Below are positions 24,741 to 39,716 of a stretch of DNA of 64,000 nt, piece by piece. Source of the DNA: Octopus sinensis (lineage: Eukaryota); the NCBI RefSeq assembly GCF_006345805.1, contig NC_043000.1:46872001-46936000 (forward strand), read 5' to 3'. Every line of letters starts with the position of its first letter. Position 1 is the first letter of the stretch. Under the pieces are notes generated by a model. That model made no database searches. It saw only the letters and a list, made by a program, of their open reading frames with translations, and was not told where the DNA came from. The position numbers were made by a program, and so were the translations under genes.

Positions 24741-25529
24741 CTTCTTCTTCTTCTTCTTCTTCTTCTTCTTCTTCTTCTTCTTCTTCTTCTTCTTCTTCTT
24801 CTTCTTCTTTATCATCTTTCCATTGCTATTAACTTCCCAAACTGTATAACTTAAAACTTGAATAAATCATGTATTTGAATTTCTAATTGTTATAAGGTCT
24901 ATAAAAAGAGATTAATGTGTGTGTGTGTGTGTAATCACGACCAGCTCATGAATGGAAACTCACAATTGTTCCAAATATTATGTCTTGTTGTGGCTGAGGA
25001 TCACATCTTTAATATCTCTAGGACTGCATTCCAACAATTAGCTATTCTCTTCAGTTTCCCACAATTATAAACCCTCTCCAAAGCTTAGGTGAGGCCTCTG
25101 ATACAATATCGTTCACACATCTGGAACAGAGTTGTAGCAAAATATTTAGACATCTCAGAATGTATCCAAAAAGACTGCCTCCATACTGATTAGCATAATT
25201 TTACTCTCAGACATGCTTCTACATTTGATTCACACCATGTTGTCTTCTGACTCTGTCTTATCTATAGATATTTTAATAGCTTCTGTTCTTTGTAACTAGA
25301 AAGGTTCATGTCACCTCAACCCAGGCATTTCCAGGCTATTTGCCTCAACTCCTCTTATCAGCTTGTTGTTTCCAGTCCTGTCCCACATCTTGCTATATCC
25401 TATTTCTTTACTATCCACAAGGGGCTAAACACAGAGGCGACAAACATAGGTATTAAGTCGATTACATTGACCCCCAGTGTGTAACTGATACTTACCTTTC
25501 TTTCTGGAATATTACCACCACCTACCCAG

Positions 25530-26182
25530 GTACCCTCTTGAATCATGTTGACTCATAATGGCTAGTTTCTCAGTTTCCATGGCATATAATTTCCCAGGAG
25601 TGGCTGTGTGGTAAGTAGCTTACCAACCACATGGTTCCGAGTTCAGTCCCACTGCATGGCACTTTGGGCAAGTGTCTTCTACTATAGCTTCAGGCCGACC
25701 AAAGCCTTGTGAGTGGATTTGGTAGACAGAAACTGAAAGAAATCCATCGTATATATGTATATGTATATATAAATGTGTGTGTTTGTGTGTCTGTGTTTGT
25801 CCCCCTAACATTGCTTGACAACCGATGGTGGTATGTTTACATACCCATAACTTAGTGGTTTGGCAAAAGAGACCGATAGAATAAGTACCAGGCTTACAAA
25901 GAATATGTCCTGGGGTCGATCTGCTCGAGTAAAGGCGGTGCTCCAGCATGGCCACTGTCAAATGACTGAAACAAGTAAAAGAGTAAAAGAGTAAGAGAGA
26001 GTACCTGGATGGAATGGGATGGTGGTCCATCATAAGATTACTCATTTTTGCCAGCTAAGTAGACTGGAGCAATGTGAAATGAAGTATCTTGCTCAAGAAC
26101 ACAATGCATTGCCTAGATTCAGGAATCAAAACCACAATCTTACGATCATGAGTCGACTACCCTAACCACTAAGCCACAAACC
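25530..26182 (-). mobile_element. SINE family C3 interrupted by a plus-strand SINE A (25597-25997)
   Basis: Head GTGGCTTAGTGGTTAGGG..TCTTGAGCAAGA..TGCTCCAGTC; uninterrupted relatives at 30650-30840, 60880-61080 and 63690-63908. Confidence 0.8.
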
Positions 26183-26852
26183 TCCTATTTGCATTACTGC
26201 AAAAAGAACATAAATAACATTGATCTCATTGGTCTGGAAGGGTTTACAAAGACCATGGACACTACCCTTTCTTCCAGATCTGGAATGTTCCTTGACGTAT
26301 ATTGGTGCAGGAGACAATTGTCAGTGAGAAAATCAAAGGTGCAGTGTTTTACAAATGAAGTCTCTTGTGATATTGGTTGTGTATTGAGTCAGCACACCTT
26401 AGTCATCTTCACCATCAGAAATGCCATCATTACATGGCTCATCTGTTACAAAACCTGTGACCAACAACTCAGATTTTCAATAACTTCAATCATCCTCATC
26501 TTCATCTTCATTATCATCATCACCATCATCATCATCAACATCTGCTCACCATACTGGCATGGGTTGGATGATTTGACGTGAAACTGGCTGGCAGAGAGCT
26601 GTCTGGACTACAACTATCTGTTGTGGCATGGTTTCTATAGCTGGATGCCCTTTCCTAACATCAACTACTTAACAGAATGTGTTGGGTGCATTTTACGTGT
26701 CATTATCATGAGTGCATTAAAGCAGCACTGACACAGATGCTTTTTAAGTGGCATTAGCACCTGAAAAGACAAACCTTATGTGTGGAAGACAGAAATTTTA
26801 CACTTCAATATAAAATAAATACAAAATATATTACAGTAACTTATGAAAATCC

Positions 26853-27250
26853 TTTACTCTTTTACTTGTTTCAGTCATTTGACTGTGGCCATGCTGGAGC
26901 ACCACCTTTTGTTGGGCAAATCGACCCCAGGACTTATTCTTTGTAAGCCTAGTACTTATTCTATCAGTCTCTTATGCTGAACCGCTAAGTTATAGGGATG
27001 TATATACACCAGCATCGGTTGTCAAGCAATGTTGGGGGGAGAAACACAGACACAAAAACATATACACACACATACATATATATATACAACGGGCTTCTTT
27101 CAGTCTCCGTCTACCAAATCCATTCACAAGGCTTTGGTTGGCCTGAGGTTATAGTAGAAGACACTTGCCCAAGGTGCCATGCAGTGGGAATGAACCTAGA
27201 ACCATGTGGTTGGTAAGCAAGCTACTTACCACACGGCCACTCCTGCGCCT
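26853..27250 (-). mobile_element. SINE family A, full length
   Basis: Same as 476-871. Confidence 0.9.
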
Positions 27251-29929
27251 GTATATATATTTTCTACTAATCAGAAGAAATTATAGATTGAATTAAGGGT
27301 CAAGATTTTCATGTTTTGGCATTTATCAAATTTATAACAACTTGAGCTGGAGCACACACGTAAACAACAACAATGTTAGCATGACTCACAGGACATCTTC
27401 CTGGATACTTGTATCACTGGTGGCATCCAGTACACCTTTCCCTTTCTACTCTTTATTACCAGTCACACACACACACATACTCACACAGAGGCATACACAC
27501 ACACAGAGGTACACACATACACACAAACACACACTCTCACTCTCTCTCTCTCTTTTTTCCACAAAGAATCATCACTCCTCTTCTACATTAAGCTACCAAT
27601 TCCCTTTCTCTCCTTCACATATCACTCATTGTTGACATCTAACCAATTCTTTTGCCTTTAACCACTCCTAAAACTATCCAGTACTCTCTCCCCACCTCTC
27701 TCCCTTTCCTCTCCTTCACCCCACCTCCATTTTCTCCCTCCCTCCACCATCTCTTGCCAGCAGACATGTAGCTTCCATTAGTATTTCACTCTCAGTAACC
27801 CTCTACCATTTCTGTCATCCTTCACTTCATTATTGTCTCCCTATCACCATGTTCTCCCACCCCCTACTTCAAGCATTACTTTTTTCAATGTTACCCTAGT
27901 TCCTTTGCAACTGCTTTTTTTTTGGTTTTTCCCTATTCACTCTACTGATGCCATCATCCAGAACAAACAATGATGCCATTGAGCAGTGAAGACCATTTTG
28001 TCATATGTTGTATGCTTGTTTCATAATAAAATGCACCTAATGTATCCTGCTAGCTGGTTGAGGAATAAAGGGAAAGTATGTAACGCTGAAAGGACCCTTT
28101 AGTCTTTTCTGTTTTTATCAACCATTACTGGAATGTACAAGAAGAAGCCTCTGCGTTATTGATTTGTTTGCTAGAAATAGAAGTCACATCTTCCTGAAAG
28201 TACACCTTATTACTTACATTCTGTTACGAGTTTCAGGCTCCTCGCTGAAAACATTACCACTGTTGCTTCTATCACGGTTGCTTTCACCAAAACTACCACC
28301 ACCATCACCATCATCATCATCATCGTCTTTCCCATCATTCTCATCATTAACGACATTGACAACATCATGAAAATTACTAATAAAATTTACTTATGCCCAT
28401 CAGATAATAACTTATTTTACTTAGCCATAAAACCACACTTTTGTAAGGAAATGTATATAGTCAGTGGAATTCAATCAATCATGCTATATATTTGGTATTT
28501 ATTTATCAATTTGAGAGAGATGCCAAGCTATGTCTAAACTGAAAACTCTAAAGCTTGTAAGCTCTAAGTTTAAATCCTTGTGGATTTTAGTTCAGAGTTT
28601 AGAAGGATAAACTAAATACCACTAAGCATTCAATCTAGTGCTCTATTGTTTCTGCATTTTCATCACTGCAAATTCTGGACAAATGATAAAGGATTTCTGA
28701 TACAAGCTTGAAGTACTAGATTTAGAAACTGGAAATAGGAATTTTCTGATGCTCATACTGTTATAAATTGCATTAGTGCAATACAACTAAGATGGTTTTG
28801 ACAAGAAATCAATACCAGATCACTGACACAGTTTGTTTAGAACTTACAACAGCTGTAATTTTGGTGGTAAGTTCTCATGAAACCACCACCTTTACATTAA
28901 ATGATAATGAAAGATTCACAAAACAGCACCTTCCCAAACAATATCTTCTTTATCAAGTCTTGAAAATTTATTAATCAGAATTCAATGAGTAAAAGATGGT
29001 TAGAATATAGCAATCGGATGCTTGCATTTGTAGATTTAGTCTTGAATTAAGTGAAAAGTCCTCAGAGCAATATTTCCAGTGAACTAAAATCTTCACAAAG
29101 TCTTACGCTGATTAGTTTAGTCAATGATAGAGAGCTTCTCAGAAGTTCTTCAAATTTCTTTATCAAATTTCAGTATTACCTGCTGATTACATTATTTAGT
29201 TTAGACAAGATGACGGAATACAATAATTTCTTAGCTTTGCAACAAAATCTATTTTCTAGTCTTCAAAGATATCCAGTGATGAAAAAGACGTTTATGTGAG
29301 CAAATCTAATATAAAATATTTTCAAAGATTTAGATTTGTATCTGAGTATCTTTGAATGATTCTGATTCAGCAAATAAATATTTATCACTCACAATGTCAT
29401 TTGTGGAACTAAAAATCTCTTTCCTAGAATTTCATAGTATTTTTCACCTCACAGGAAGTAATGAAAGTTTTCCTTTTGGCTTAAATTGACACTTTCTTCT
29501 CAATATCAGTTGAGTTCAAATAATTCTAATGTTGAGCATTTAAACAATCTGATTGGTTTTTATTGTTTTTGTTAATTGAAATGATTAGTGTAATTTCAAA
29601 ACTATAAATGCATCTTTTATATACAATACAACTGTATGCTCCCAAGATACTTGCAGAAAACTAACTCACACACACACACACATTTTAGAGACTAAAATAT
29701 GCATGCACACTCAGAACTTTGCTTACAAATATATCAACAAAGAATGCACCAAAATAATCACATCCAAACAGTTCATTGTTGCCATTACCTGAGAAACATT
29801 CAAATATGATTCTATCCCCTAAAGTATAGCAACACATGCGCACACATGTATTGTAATGCTGATATTAAACTTCTGCAGTAAGATCTCCCCTCCACCATCC
29901 TCCCCTCCTCCTCCTCCTCCTCCTCCTCC

Positions 29930-29965
<36 letters not shown>

Positions 29966-31024
29966 CCACCATCACCACCATCATCATCATCACTTAATAT
30001 CCATTTTTCATGCTGGCATGGGTCGGATGGCTTGACAGCAACTGGCATGACCAGAAGACACAGTAGGTTCCATAGTTTATTTTGGTTTGGTTTCTATGGC
30101 TGGATGCCCTTCCTAATGCAAACCATTTCACAGAGTGTACTGATTGCTTTTCACATGGCACCATTATCAGTGCATTTTACTTGACACCAACTCCAGTGTT
30201 TTTTATGTGGCATTAGCACACATACCTATGCTTGTTATGTAGGACCTTGGTTTTAGGATCTCAATTCTGCTGTAGTAGGCAATTCAAAAAATCAAGAGGA
30301 CCAGTATTCAGATAGAATTCAATGCTTAAAGTGAGAATGTGAGAAATTCTTAATTTACCATTGGTCACAACTATTTTTATCATTTCATTTAATTATTTAG
30401 ATGTCATACATGACACAACAAATGTATTTGTATAAACATTTCACCAATGCAATTGTCATTATTGCATATGGTATGATGATATTCTATTGATGAAGTGTTA
30501 CTACAATTATGTAAGTCATATACTGGACTCTATCAAAACAAATGTATGCAACAGCATTAGTAAAGGTAACTACAAAGGTAACTCAACTACACACACACAT
30601 ACACACACAGATATATAAAACAAAAGGGATCAAAGGTCCTACTGAAGACAGGGTCATATGACTGGTTTCCCAGATTTTGTGGCACATAGATTACCCCACT
30701 CGATAGGACCAGATTATCAATTTTTGCCACCTGGTTGGACTGGTGCAAAGTGAAATAAAGTGTTCTACTCAATATCACAATGCATCACCTGCTGTAGGAA
30801 TTGAAACCACAATCTTATAATCAAGAGTGAAACACACTAACATATGTGCATGTGTGTGCATGTATGTATGCATGTGTGAATGTATGTATGTATGTATGTA
30901 TGTATGTATACACATATGTTTATAGATATGTGTGTGATTGTTATATCACCAATATTGCAAGAAGTTTCAGATCATTATTTAGATACCATACCCCAAGAAT
31001 CCATAGGTATCATAAACACTTTAA

Positions 31025-31245
31025 CTCTTTCGTTACTATATTTTGGTCAACATATGCTGCCTTTATTTCAATTAACTTTTGAAACAATGAAGTATTTCAT
31101 AAAATTACTTTCTCATTATTAAGCCGGAGGTTTGGAGCAAGTCAGCATAAAATTTTGATGGAAAATTGTAATTTAGACCGTTTAGAACCATAAGTTTATG
31201 TCATAGACCCTGAGGATGGTCTCAGGTGGTTCGGTATCAGAAGGG
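31025..31245. mobile_element. piggyBac-type MITE
   Basis: TTAA on both sides (31021-31024, 31246-31249); ends CTCTTTCGTTAC / GGTATCAGAAGGG; related to 52152-52371. Confidence 0.75.
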
Positions 31246-31704
31246 TTAATACTCATAACATTCTACTAATTCTTAGATAGCATTGCTTTCAAGTTTCAAG
31301 TTTCTCTACTAATTCTTAGCATTGGTTTCAAATTTGCATGCTACAGCAGAAAAACAAAGCATTTGCCTGCAAAGTCTCCACTCCATTTCCCAGCCTGAAA
31401 TTGTTGAAATATCAAAAGCTGCCCACTGAGAACATCCTGCCTCTCAAATGTTTATATTCTATGCTGTAAAAGTACTTTCAACAGCTAGATACTCCTCCTG
31501 ACATTAACACTTATCTGTTTTTCAAGTAAGGAATATTTTATTCTTCATCTTTGATGGTACCTGCCAAATGAGGGGATAATTTATTGAGAGGAGAAATGCC
31601 AACAGGGACATCACACAAATGCCTATGCAGAAGTAAACAAATACATGCATGTCCAAGCATACATCCGTGCACACAATCATATACACATACATCTAAATAT
31701 CTGT

Positions 31705-32030
31705 TGTGAAGGTGCATGGCTCAGTGGTTAGAGTGTCAAGCCTATGACCATGAGGTTATGAGTTTGAGTCACGAATCGAGCTGCGTGTTGCGTTCTTGAG
31801 CAAAACACTTTATTTCACGTTGCTCCTGTTCACTCAGCTGTAGAAATGAGTTGTGACATCGGTGGTGCTAAGCTGTATTGGCCTTTGCCTTTCTCTTGGT
31901 GGTGTGGAAAGGAGAGGCTGCTATGCATGGCGACTGCTGGTCTTCCATAAACGACCTTGCCTGGACTTGTGCCTTGGAGGGTAACTTTCTAGGTGCAATC
32001 CCATGGTCATTCATGACCAAAGGGGGACTC
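31705..32030 (+). mobile_element. tRNA-derived SINE family C4
   Basis: Head GCATGGCTCAGTGGTTAGAG..TCTTGAGCAAAACACTTTATTTCACGTTGCTCC; its distinct tail is also seen at 56820-56960. Confidence 0.8.
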
Positions 32031-32733
32031 CTTATATGTCTGCACACACATATATTGATATGCACCTACAAATACATATGTGTGTATAAGTGCGTACATA
32101 TGTATAGTAATGGATAAGTGGACATGTGCACACACACACACACATACACACAAATTCTCACAAGTATGTTTACAAGCCAAACCCACCTAACAATTGATAC
32201 ATCTTTCATTTGGTTGTGTAAGATTTAAGAAGTGCTGTTGATCACTATTAGAGTGTATACATACTTTAAGGGAATATATGTTGTGTTGTCAATATTTATA
32301 TTCACTTTCCTATGCTGGCAAGAGTCAAATGAGATTGGTTGGGACACATTTTCTATGAGTAGATGCCCTACCTGTCATTACCCTCACCTGTGACTGAGTA
32401 AAGAAATAGTTCTCTAAGTCCTTCAAGCAATTGACACCACAAGGCAGCACAAACACACATAAAACACACTGAAACACACATATATTTATATGACAGGCTT
32501 CATTTCGTTTCCATTGATCATATTAACTCACAAGGCTTTGCTTGGCCTGAGGCAATTCAAGAAAGCATTTCTCCAAGCTGCTGTGCAATGGAACTGAACC
32601 TGAAACCATGTACTTGGGGAACAAAATTCCTAACCATACAGCCATACTTGGACCTGTCACAACTGTGCCTGCACCTGTCATAGACTTGTCTGTGTCCATC
32701 AAGAATATATACATACATACATACATACATACA

Positions 32734-32769
<36 letters not shown>

Positions 32770-33678
32770 TTGGGTTGGCAACTAAGTTCACGCCGTTTTT
32801 TTAATATTTGGAATTTATTGCCTTTTTAGATTTTGAAATCTATTTGTTTATGAGAATTCTAGTTTTGAATCATTTTGAATTTTTTTTTTTTTCTTGTTAG
32901 TTTTAGTTAAGTTTTGTTTATTTTCAGATCATTAAAATGGAATGTCAAGTTAAGAAAAACGAGCATTTTTGACCTTTCCTTCTTTTTGCTTTTAATCGAG
33001 ATTCTAAGGCCACAAAAGCTGCTCGCGAAATTGGTGCTGTGTATGGAAAGGGTGCCATAACTGAAAGACCCGCTTGTGATTGGTATGCCAAGTTGAAAAA
33101 TGGAAATTTTGACCTCAAATGAGCCACAATCTCCACTGGTTTGCTTGCTTGTCACCACTCACCTCATGGACACAAGCAATGATTTTTTACCGAATCATTA
33201 CTGGCGGCGAAAAATGGTGCCTGTACATCAATATGAAGCAGCATAGGGAATGGCTTAGCCCCGGTAAACAATCGACACCGTGCATGAAACAAGATCTTCA
33301 TCCACGTAAAACGATGTCGTGCATATGGTGGAACTGGGAAGGGAATATCCATTATCAATTTCTTGAAGGGAATGAAGTGGTCAACGTGGATCTCTATGTT
33401 TAACAGATGGGATGACTCAATACGAATATTGAAGAGAAAAGAGCTAATTGGCAGCATGGAGTTCTTCTCCTGCATGACAACGTCCATCCTCAAAATGCCA
33501 ATATGACCAAGGAAGCCATGGCTGGGAAGTGCTAGCATACCTGCTGTACTTTCCTGATTTGGCACCAATAGATTTCCACCTCTTTCGATCTCTTTCAAAT
33601 GCTATGTGCAGAATTTCCTTCAATACTGATGCAGAATTGAGAGCTTCGTTGGATAATTTTTTCAAGTTGAAATCAAGT
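32770..33678 (+). mobile_element. Mariner element, internally deleted, 3' TIR lost
   Basis: 5' TIR TTGGGTTGGCAACTAAG after TA; RIITGGEKWCLY, LLLHDN, YFPDLAPIDFHLF (YSPDLAPxD, DD34D type). Confidence 0.92.
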
Positions 33679-33700
33679 GTATATATGTATATATACCTAC

Positions 33701-33778
<78 letters not shown>

Positions 33779-33802
33779 TTATTTATCTATCTTTCTCTCT
33801 CT

Positions 33803-34995
33803 TCGAGGAAGGGCGAATGGCACCGCGAGTGTCGCGTTGCTCTCAAGCAACTCTCAAGCAACTCTGCCGTCCTGGGTCGACCTTGAGTGACTTCAACACA
33901 ACCAAAGCATTCTATAGGGATTAGTGGAGGGGAGGTACGACGACGAGCTCGGGGCGAACCTGGACGTCGACGAGGAGTACCTGACCCACCTGTTCAGGAT
34001 GACTTTCGGGCCAGGGCCCATGGACAACTTCCAGAGATCCCTGGCCTGGCAGTGCTACCTAGAAGTGCTACCCGTTCGGGATAAGCTCTACAGACACGGC
34101 TCAAGAAACACGGGGCCGACCTGCCCGAGATGCGGTCAGAGCAATGAAACCATTCTGCACGCACTCGTGCAGTGTCCAACAATTTCCGACCTGTGGGCTT
34201 ATGTCGAACAACTGCTGTCATGTGTGGGACGAGTCAGTTTATCAGCTGAGTCTATCGTCAATATTGCCACGCCTCCTTCCTTCAAACGGGAAGGAAGAGC
34301 TATTTTCATCATCCTTGTGGCTATGGCGAAAGAATGTATCTGGTGGACGCGTCTGAAAGGATTGGAGACAAACACTTTCCTCTCTGGTCAATCTCTCATC
34401 AACTTCTTCAAGTACCACTTGAAAAGGAAAGTGAGAGTAGAGAGGCAAGTTTTGTCTAGCGAATGTTTTAAAAAAAGATGGATGAATGTAGCAAGGATGG
34501 CACATATGAATGACGAAGCCACCTTGAGCATAATCCTATGAACCCAGAAATTGAAAACAGAGGGTTACCCACTTGCAAACAAATGTGGTAACATATAACA
34601 ATATTGACCAAGGTTACCGTGGTCTTTTTCGCAGGCTTTTCTTCCCACGGGTAAACCTTACTTGCTTTCCCCTTTACACCATATATCATAACACATGATC
34701 CCTATTGATCTTTTTTTTTTCCTCTTCCCCTTTTTTTCCCCTTTTTTCTTCTTTTTCATTTCTCTTTTCTTTTGCTCCTTTTCCTTTTCTTTTCTTTTTT
34801 CTTTTCTTTTTTTATTTTTTATTTTATTTATTTATTTATTTATTTTTTTCCCTTTTACGATCCCTCTTGATCGAAAACCTACGCCACCCCCTTTTTTTTT
34901 ATTATGTATTTTGTTTTTTTCATCCCCCAAAAGAAAAGCTCTACCTTGTAACTTGTCCCATCTGTGTGCAGCCCTGTGTGGCCCATAAAGAAACT
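33803..34995 (+). mobile_element. 5'-truncated L1/Tx1-clade LINE with 15-bp TSD
   Basis: ORF 33924-34541 with CPRCGQSNETILHALVQC (zf-RVT-type CCHC), T-rich 3' UTR, TSD TATCTTTCTCTCTCT at 33788-33802 and 34996-35010. Confidence 0.9.
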
Positions 34996-35035
34996 TATCT
35001 TTCTCTCTCTCTCCCTCTCTCTCTCTCACTCTCTG

Positions 35036-35072
<37 letters not shown>

Positions 35073-35959
35073 CTGTCTATATATATATATGCATATACTA
35101 TTATGTAGTCAAGCAGTATTTCCTTGGTTCTAACATTTAACAGGTTAGAAAGTTTCCATTGGGATACATCTTTCACATGCAAACACATACGCAAGAGATA
35201 TGCAAATAAATAAAATACTTTTATCTTTAAATGTGTTTCATGGAAATCTAAAAAAATGGAGCAGATAAATACTGATAAAGAAAAAAATATATAAAAACAC
35301 TGAAACAGTAATCTAACATGTATTTACCAAAATTTGGTAAACTTTTTCAAGAGTGAGAAATAATTTTGAACTTTCTGTAGCTTACATAATCCCTAATGTA
35401 TAGAAATCCAAAATATCATTCAGATATCCTTATAAGTAGCCATTATTATTAAGTATTCTTTATATCCTGGCGTAGTTCTTTTACAGTTCTTTCTCTTTTA
35501 TTTAGTATTCATATTTTTGTTTTCTGAGATGTCGTGGGATGGAGGTGTCCACTTTATTTTTCTGTATAGTTGTTTTGAATTCGTGGGCAGGTGAGGTAAA
35601 GAAGTTAAGATGGTGAGTGTGGGTGTGTGTACATCTCTGTGTCTATGCAAATGTATGTGCGTGAGAGAGAGAGAGAGAGAGACAGAGACAGAGAAAATAG
35701 AGAGAGATAGAGAGGGGGAGAGAGAGAGAGGTTACTGAATTCATTCATTGACATTTGTGGGATAATATTCAACTAACTGTCAATTTGAATTTACAAGGCA
35801 TGGTTTGAAAACTTATTATCGATTCTCATGAAAATTCAACTTATATACATTGATATATTTCAGTTTATTTTTTGCTAAATTTCTTCTCATGCTGGTATGT
35901 TACAAAGTTTTAATATATATATATACATATATATATATACATATATATAAATATACATA

Positions 35960-36014
<55 letters not shown>

Positions 36015-36165
36015 TATATATACATATATATACACACACACACATATATATGTATGTATATTATGTATTTAGATATAAATGCTTTCACCTTCACTCACAT
36101 ACAATCTATAATGTTAAGTATGTATATATACATATATATATATATATTTATACAAGCACGCACAC

Positions 36166-36206
<41 letters not shown>

Positions 36207-37001
36207 TATGTATATATCTATATACATATATAACACATATATATTGTAAATGCATGTGCACATACATATGCACACATATATATACATGTACCTTCTCTTG
36301 TATGAAATGAAAGTCATATACATAAAAATGTGCATATATTTAATGCATTTAATACAAGTTAGAAGAAATGGTAAAAGGAAAAAAAACCATCGAAGACAAC
36401 AGAACAAAACAAATGAACCAGCTACTATTGTCAGTCACAACCTCAAGATATAGTATTATAAAATAAAGTGGATGAAAGAAAATTCTTTTGTGAAGAAATT
36501 TTCAATTTATTAATTGTTTCCTGCAATGATGCTGAAGACTAAAAATATTCAAGAGACAGCATGGGATGGAGATTTGCAACATTCATACCTACTAATAGTA
36601 TATAAAAATGAAAATGTTGTGAAATTAAAATGGCTCGGAGTGATAATTGAATTGGTGTTATAGGCATTACACACTCAGTGGCATTTGAACCTGTAGTAAC
36701 TCAATGTACAAACATGGAAATATAGAATAAAGGTAAAAATAAAGGTAAAATGAAATAGATATTCTAGTGACTTGCGAGGGAGATTTCGTGTCGATAAGAA
36801 ATGTATGTTCTACTTCACTTCTTTCTGTTATTATTAGTCAAAGATGCAAACATTGGCAGGTAGAGGGTTGGCGGGTGAGTCCCACTGTGTGGCATCTTCA
36901 ACAAGTATTTTTATCTTTTACTATAGACCAAGCCATTAATACCCTTCTGAATGGATTTTGTATGGAGTAAAAGAAACTGAAAGAAGCCTGTCATATATCG
37001 A

Positions 37002-37122
<121 letters not shown>

Positions 37123-37189
37123 TTGTGGGTGTGTGTGTATATGTATATATATATATATATATCTGTATATATATCTGTATATATATATG

Positions 37190-37223
<34 letters not shown>

Positions 37224-37799
37224 TACATATATATGTGCATGTGTGTATGTGTATATATTTTTTTCACACACACCATTCTCACATACACACACACATGTGC
37301 ACCTTCATTTTGGATCACCAGCACTTTATTATCTCCCTTTCTTCCAGCCACTTCTCTCAAGCTTTCTTTCTAATCATTCACCATGCTTGACCACTAAATC
37401 TACAGCTTTTTTACATTCTCTCTTTGTTTATTTTCCCTTATTATTTTCTGTTGAAGAGCACAGGCTCAAAACATAAACAACTTATATATTTTCCCAAGTG
37501 TCAAACTAATACACCTGCTTGTTGCTCATACACGTGTCTTCGTCTTTTCTTTTTCTATTAATTTCAACTATATATATGTAAAGACGTCAACAAGAAACTA
37601 TGACATTACAACCAGCCAGGCAAAGTCTTCGCTACATTTGTGGCACCTGCCAGAGGAAGTGTTTGTCCAGGATAGGACTACACAGCCACAGTAGGAGATG
37701 TATGAGGACATGAAATGTAAAAACTGGACTAGATTATTTTATGTGTAACTCCATTGTCTCCTAAGACAAAAAGGATGCCAACAACAATATATATATATA

Positions 37800-38028
37800 T
37801 TGGATGTGGATGTGGGTTTCTTTAAAACTAAACTGGATCTCTTCTTGTCGGGGGTCCAAGATGAACCTACCTCATGACAGGAGACACAGATGCGGGCAGC
37901 GGCATTGAACTCCCTTGTTGACCAAGTGCCACGTATCAGAGGTGGATTCACATATTAGTGTAGCTCATTCAGTGGTGGTGCCCCAGCATGGCCGAGGCCT
38001 TCGGGCTAAAACATTTTTAAGGATTTAA

Positions 38029-38031
<3 letters not shown>
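37800..38031 (+). mobile_element. CR1/L2-group LINE 3' end
   Basis: FFKTKLDLFLSGVQDEP..RAAALNSLVDQ; short UTR; terminal repeat (TTTAAGGA)2. Confidence 0.8.
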
Positions 38032-38066
<35 letters not shown>

Positions 38067-39374
38067 TTCACATTGTGTGTGTTTGTATGTAATGTGCATG
38101 AGAGTGATTCCTTGTCTTGACATTGCATGAAAGTTGAGTGCTATTGTCATGTAAATAGCCTCCTTCTTTCCCAATTTTCCATGGTATGCCTCGCCTTGGA
38201 ACAACCATTATTTTACTTGGAAACAGGTGAGGGTTGATGGTAGGAAGGGCATCCAGCCACAGAAAATCCACCTTAAAAAATTTTCAAGCCAATCCATACA
38301 AGCATAGAAAAGTGCTGCTGCTGTGGATGATAATGATGATGAAGATGATGATGAAATAGTTAACTAATTAACCAATAAACTAATTGATTGCTTGGCTATT
38401 TGTTCAATCGGCAAATCAATATGATGATGTGTTAGAAATTTTTCCTTGTCATTAATGACTTTATCAGTGACATGCCATGTTATCCCAAGTCTAGCTTATT
38501 GTCTCCTAACAGGGGCATTGTGAGGTTGTAGATGATAAGAAAAGGACCCCAGCAAAATAACTGGTCCATTGATCAATGATCGATTGAATAGCTAATCAAG
38601 GAAGCTATATGTTAATTGATTAATTAATTCATTAATTGACTAATAATATTTAAAAGAAATGAAAACAGAACCTCTGCTTGTACTTCATATTGGCAAAAAT
38701 GAAACTCCAAAGATATAACAACTGCTTTAACAAACATTTTCACATAAAAAATTTATATGAAAATAAAGTATGTTTTATTCTATAGACAAGATCTGATGAG
38801 AATATATTTTCTTCTTGTTTGTAACCACTAACTAGAGAAACCTGGGTGCCAAATAACTGTCATACACTTTCGTAAAAATAACCTTCATTTTAAAATTGTG
38901 AAATGATTGTTCTGGATAGACAATCAATATAATGTAAATGACTGTACAAATTTCTTGAATAACAGTTGGTAGTGTTTGATACGCTCAACAATCTTTTACT
39001 AAAAGTTCTGAAACAATCAAACTCAGTCAGCACAACTGAAAAGCAAGAAACTTTATTCTTATTTTCATGTGCGTGATCAAGATAATAATTTCTTACCCGT
39101 GTACAAGTCAACAGTTTGGGTGAGTCAATAGATGATTAAATACACTTGATCTGAACTTGATTATTTTACTGAGACTGAAATGCTAATAGCCAAAGCAGTT
39201 GACCACAGTGGAATTCAGAACCAGAACATTAAGGAAGCAACCAAACACAAGAGAGTATTTATTCTGAGACTTTCCTCTTTCTGTCACTCATCAGTCTTGC
39301 TTGGTTAAGAATATAATGACTGGTTTACGTTGGCACATTCTACATATCAACGAAAAATACACACACACACACAT

Positions 39375-39428
<54 letters not shown>

Positions 39429-39677
39429 GTGTCTGTGAGTAAACAAAGGAAAGAAAAGGCACTCAACACATTAAGTTGGAGCTACGTATATTATTATTTA
39501 AAGCAGTTTGATTTGGCTCCAATGTGACTTAAAGTTTCATAAATGTCTTAAAGAAACCTAGCCCGTTCAGGTTCAGATTACCAGTATTTTGAGTCTGAAC
39601 AAGCTTGGTTTCTATTAGGAGCCTATGAAGCTTTAAGTCTCAAGTAGCTAAACCAAATTGTTTTAAATAACAATAAC

Positions 39678-39716
<39 letters not shown>

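Noticed and set aside
27300-28080. Possible PLE endonuclease end plus pyrimidine-rich UTR (also 4640-5040 on the minus strand)
   Set aside because: Too decayed; only a vague similarity (IFLDT..GGIQ..F) and no HHR found.
38790-38830. Other CTGANGA hits (38793 +, ~39290 -, ~56990 -, 58384 +, 61722 +)
   Set aside because: No helix II, GAAA, UH triplet and helix I in the correct arrangement.
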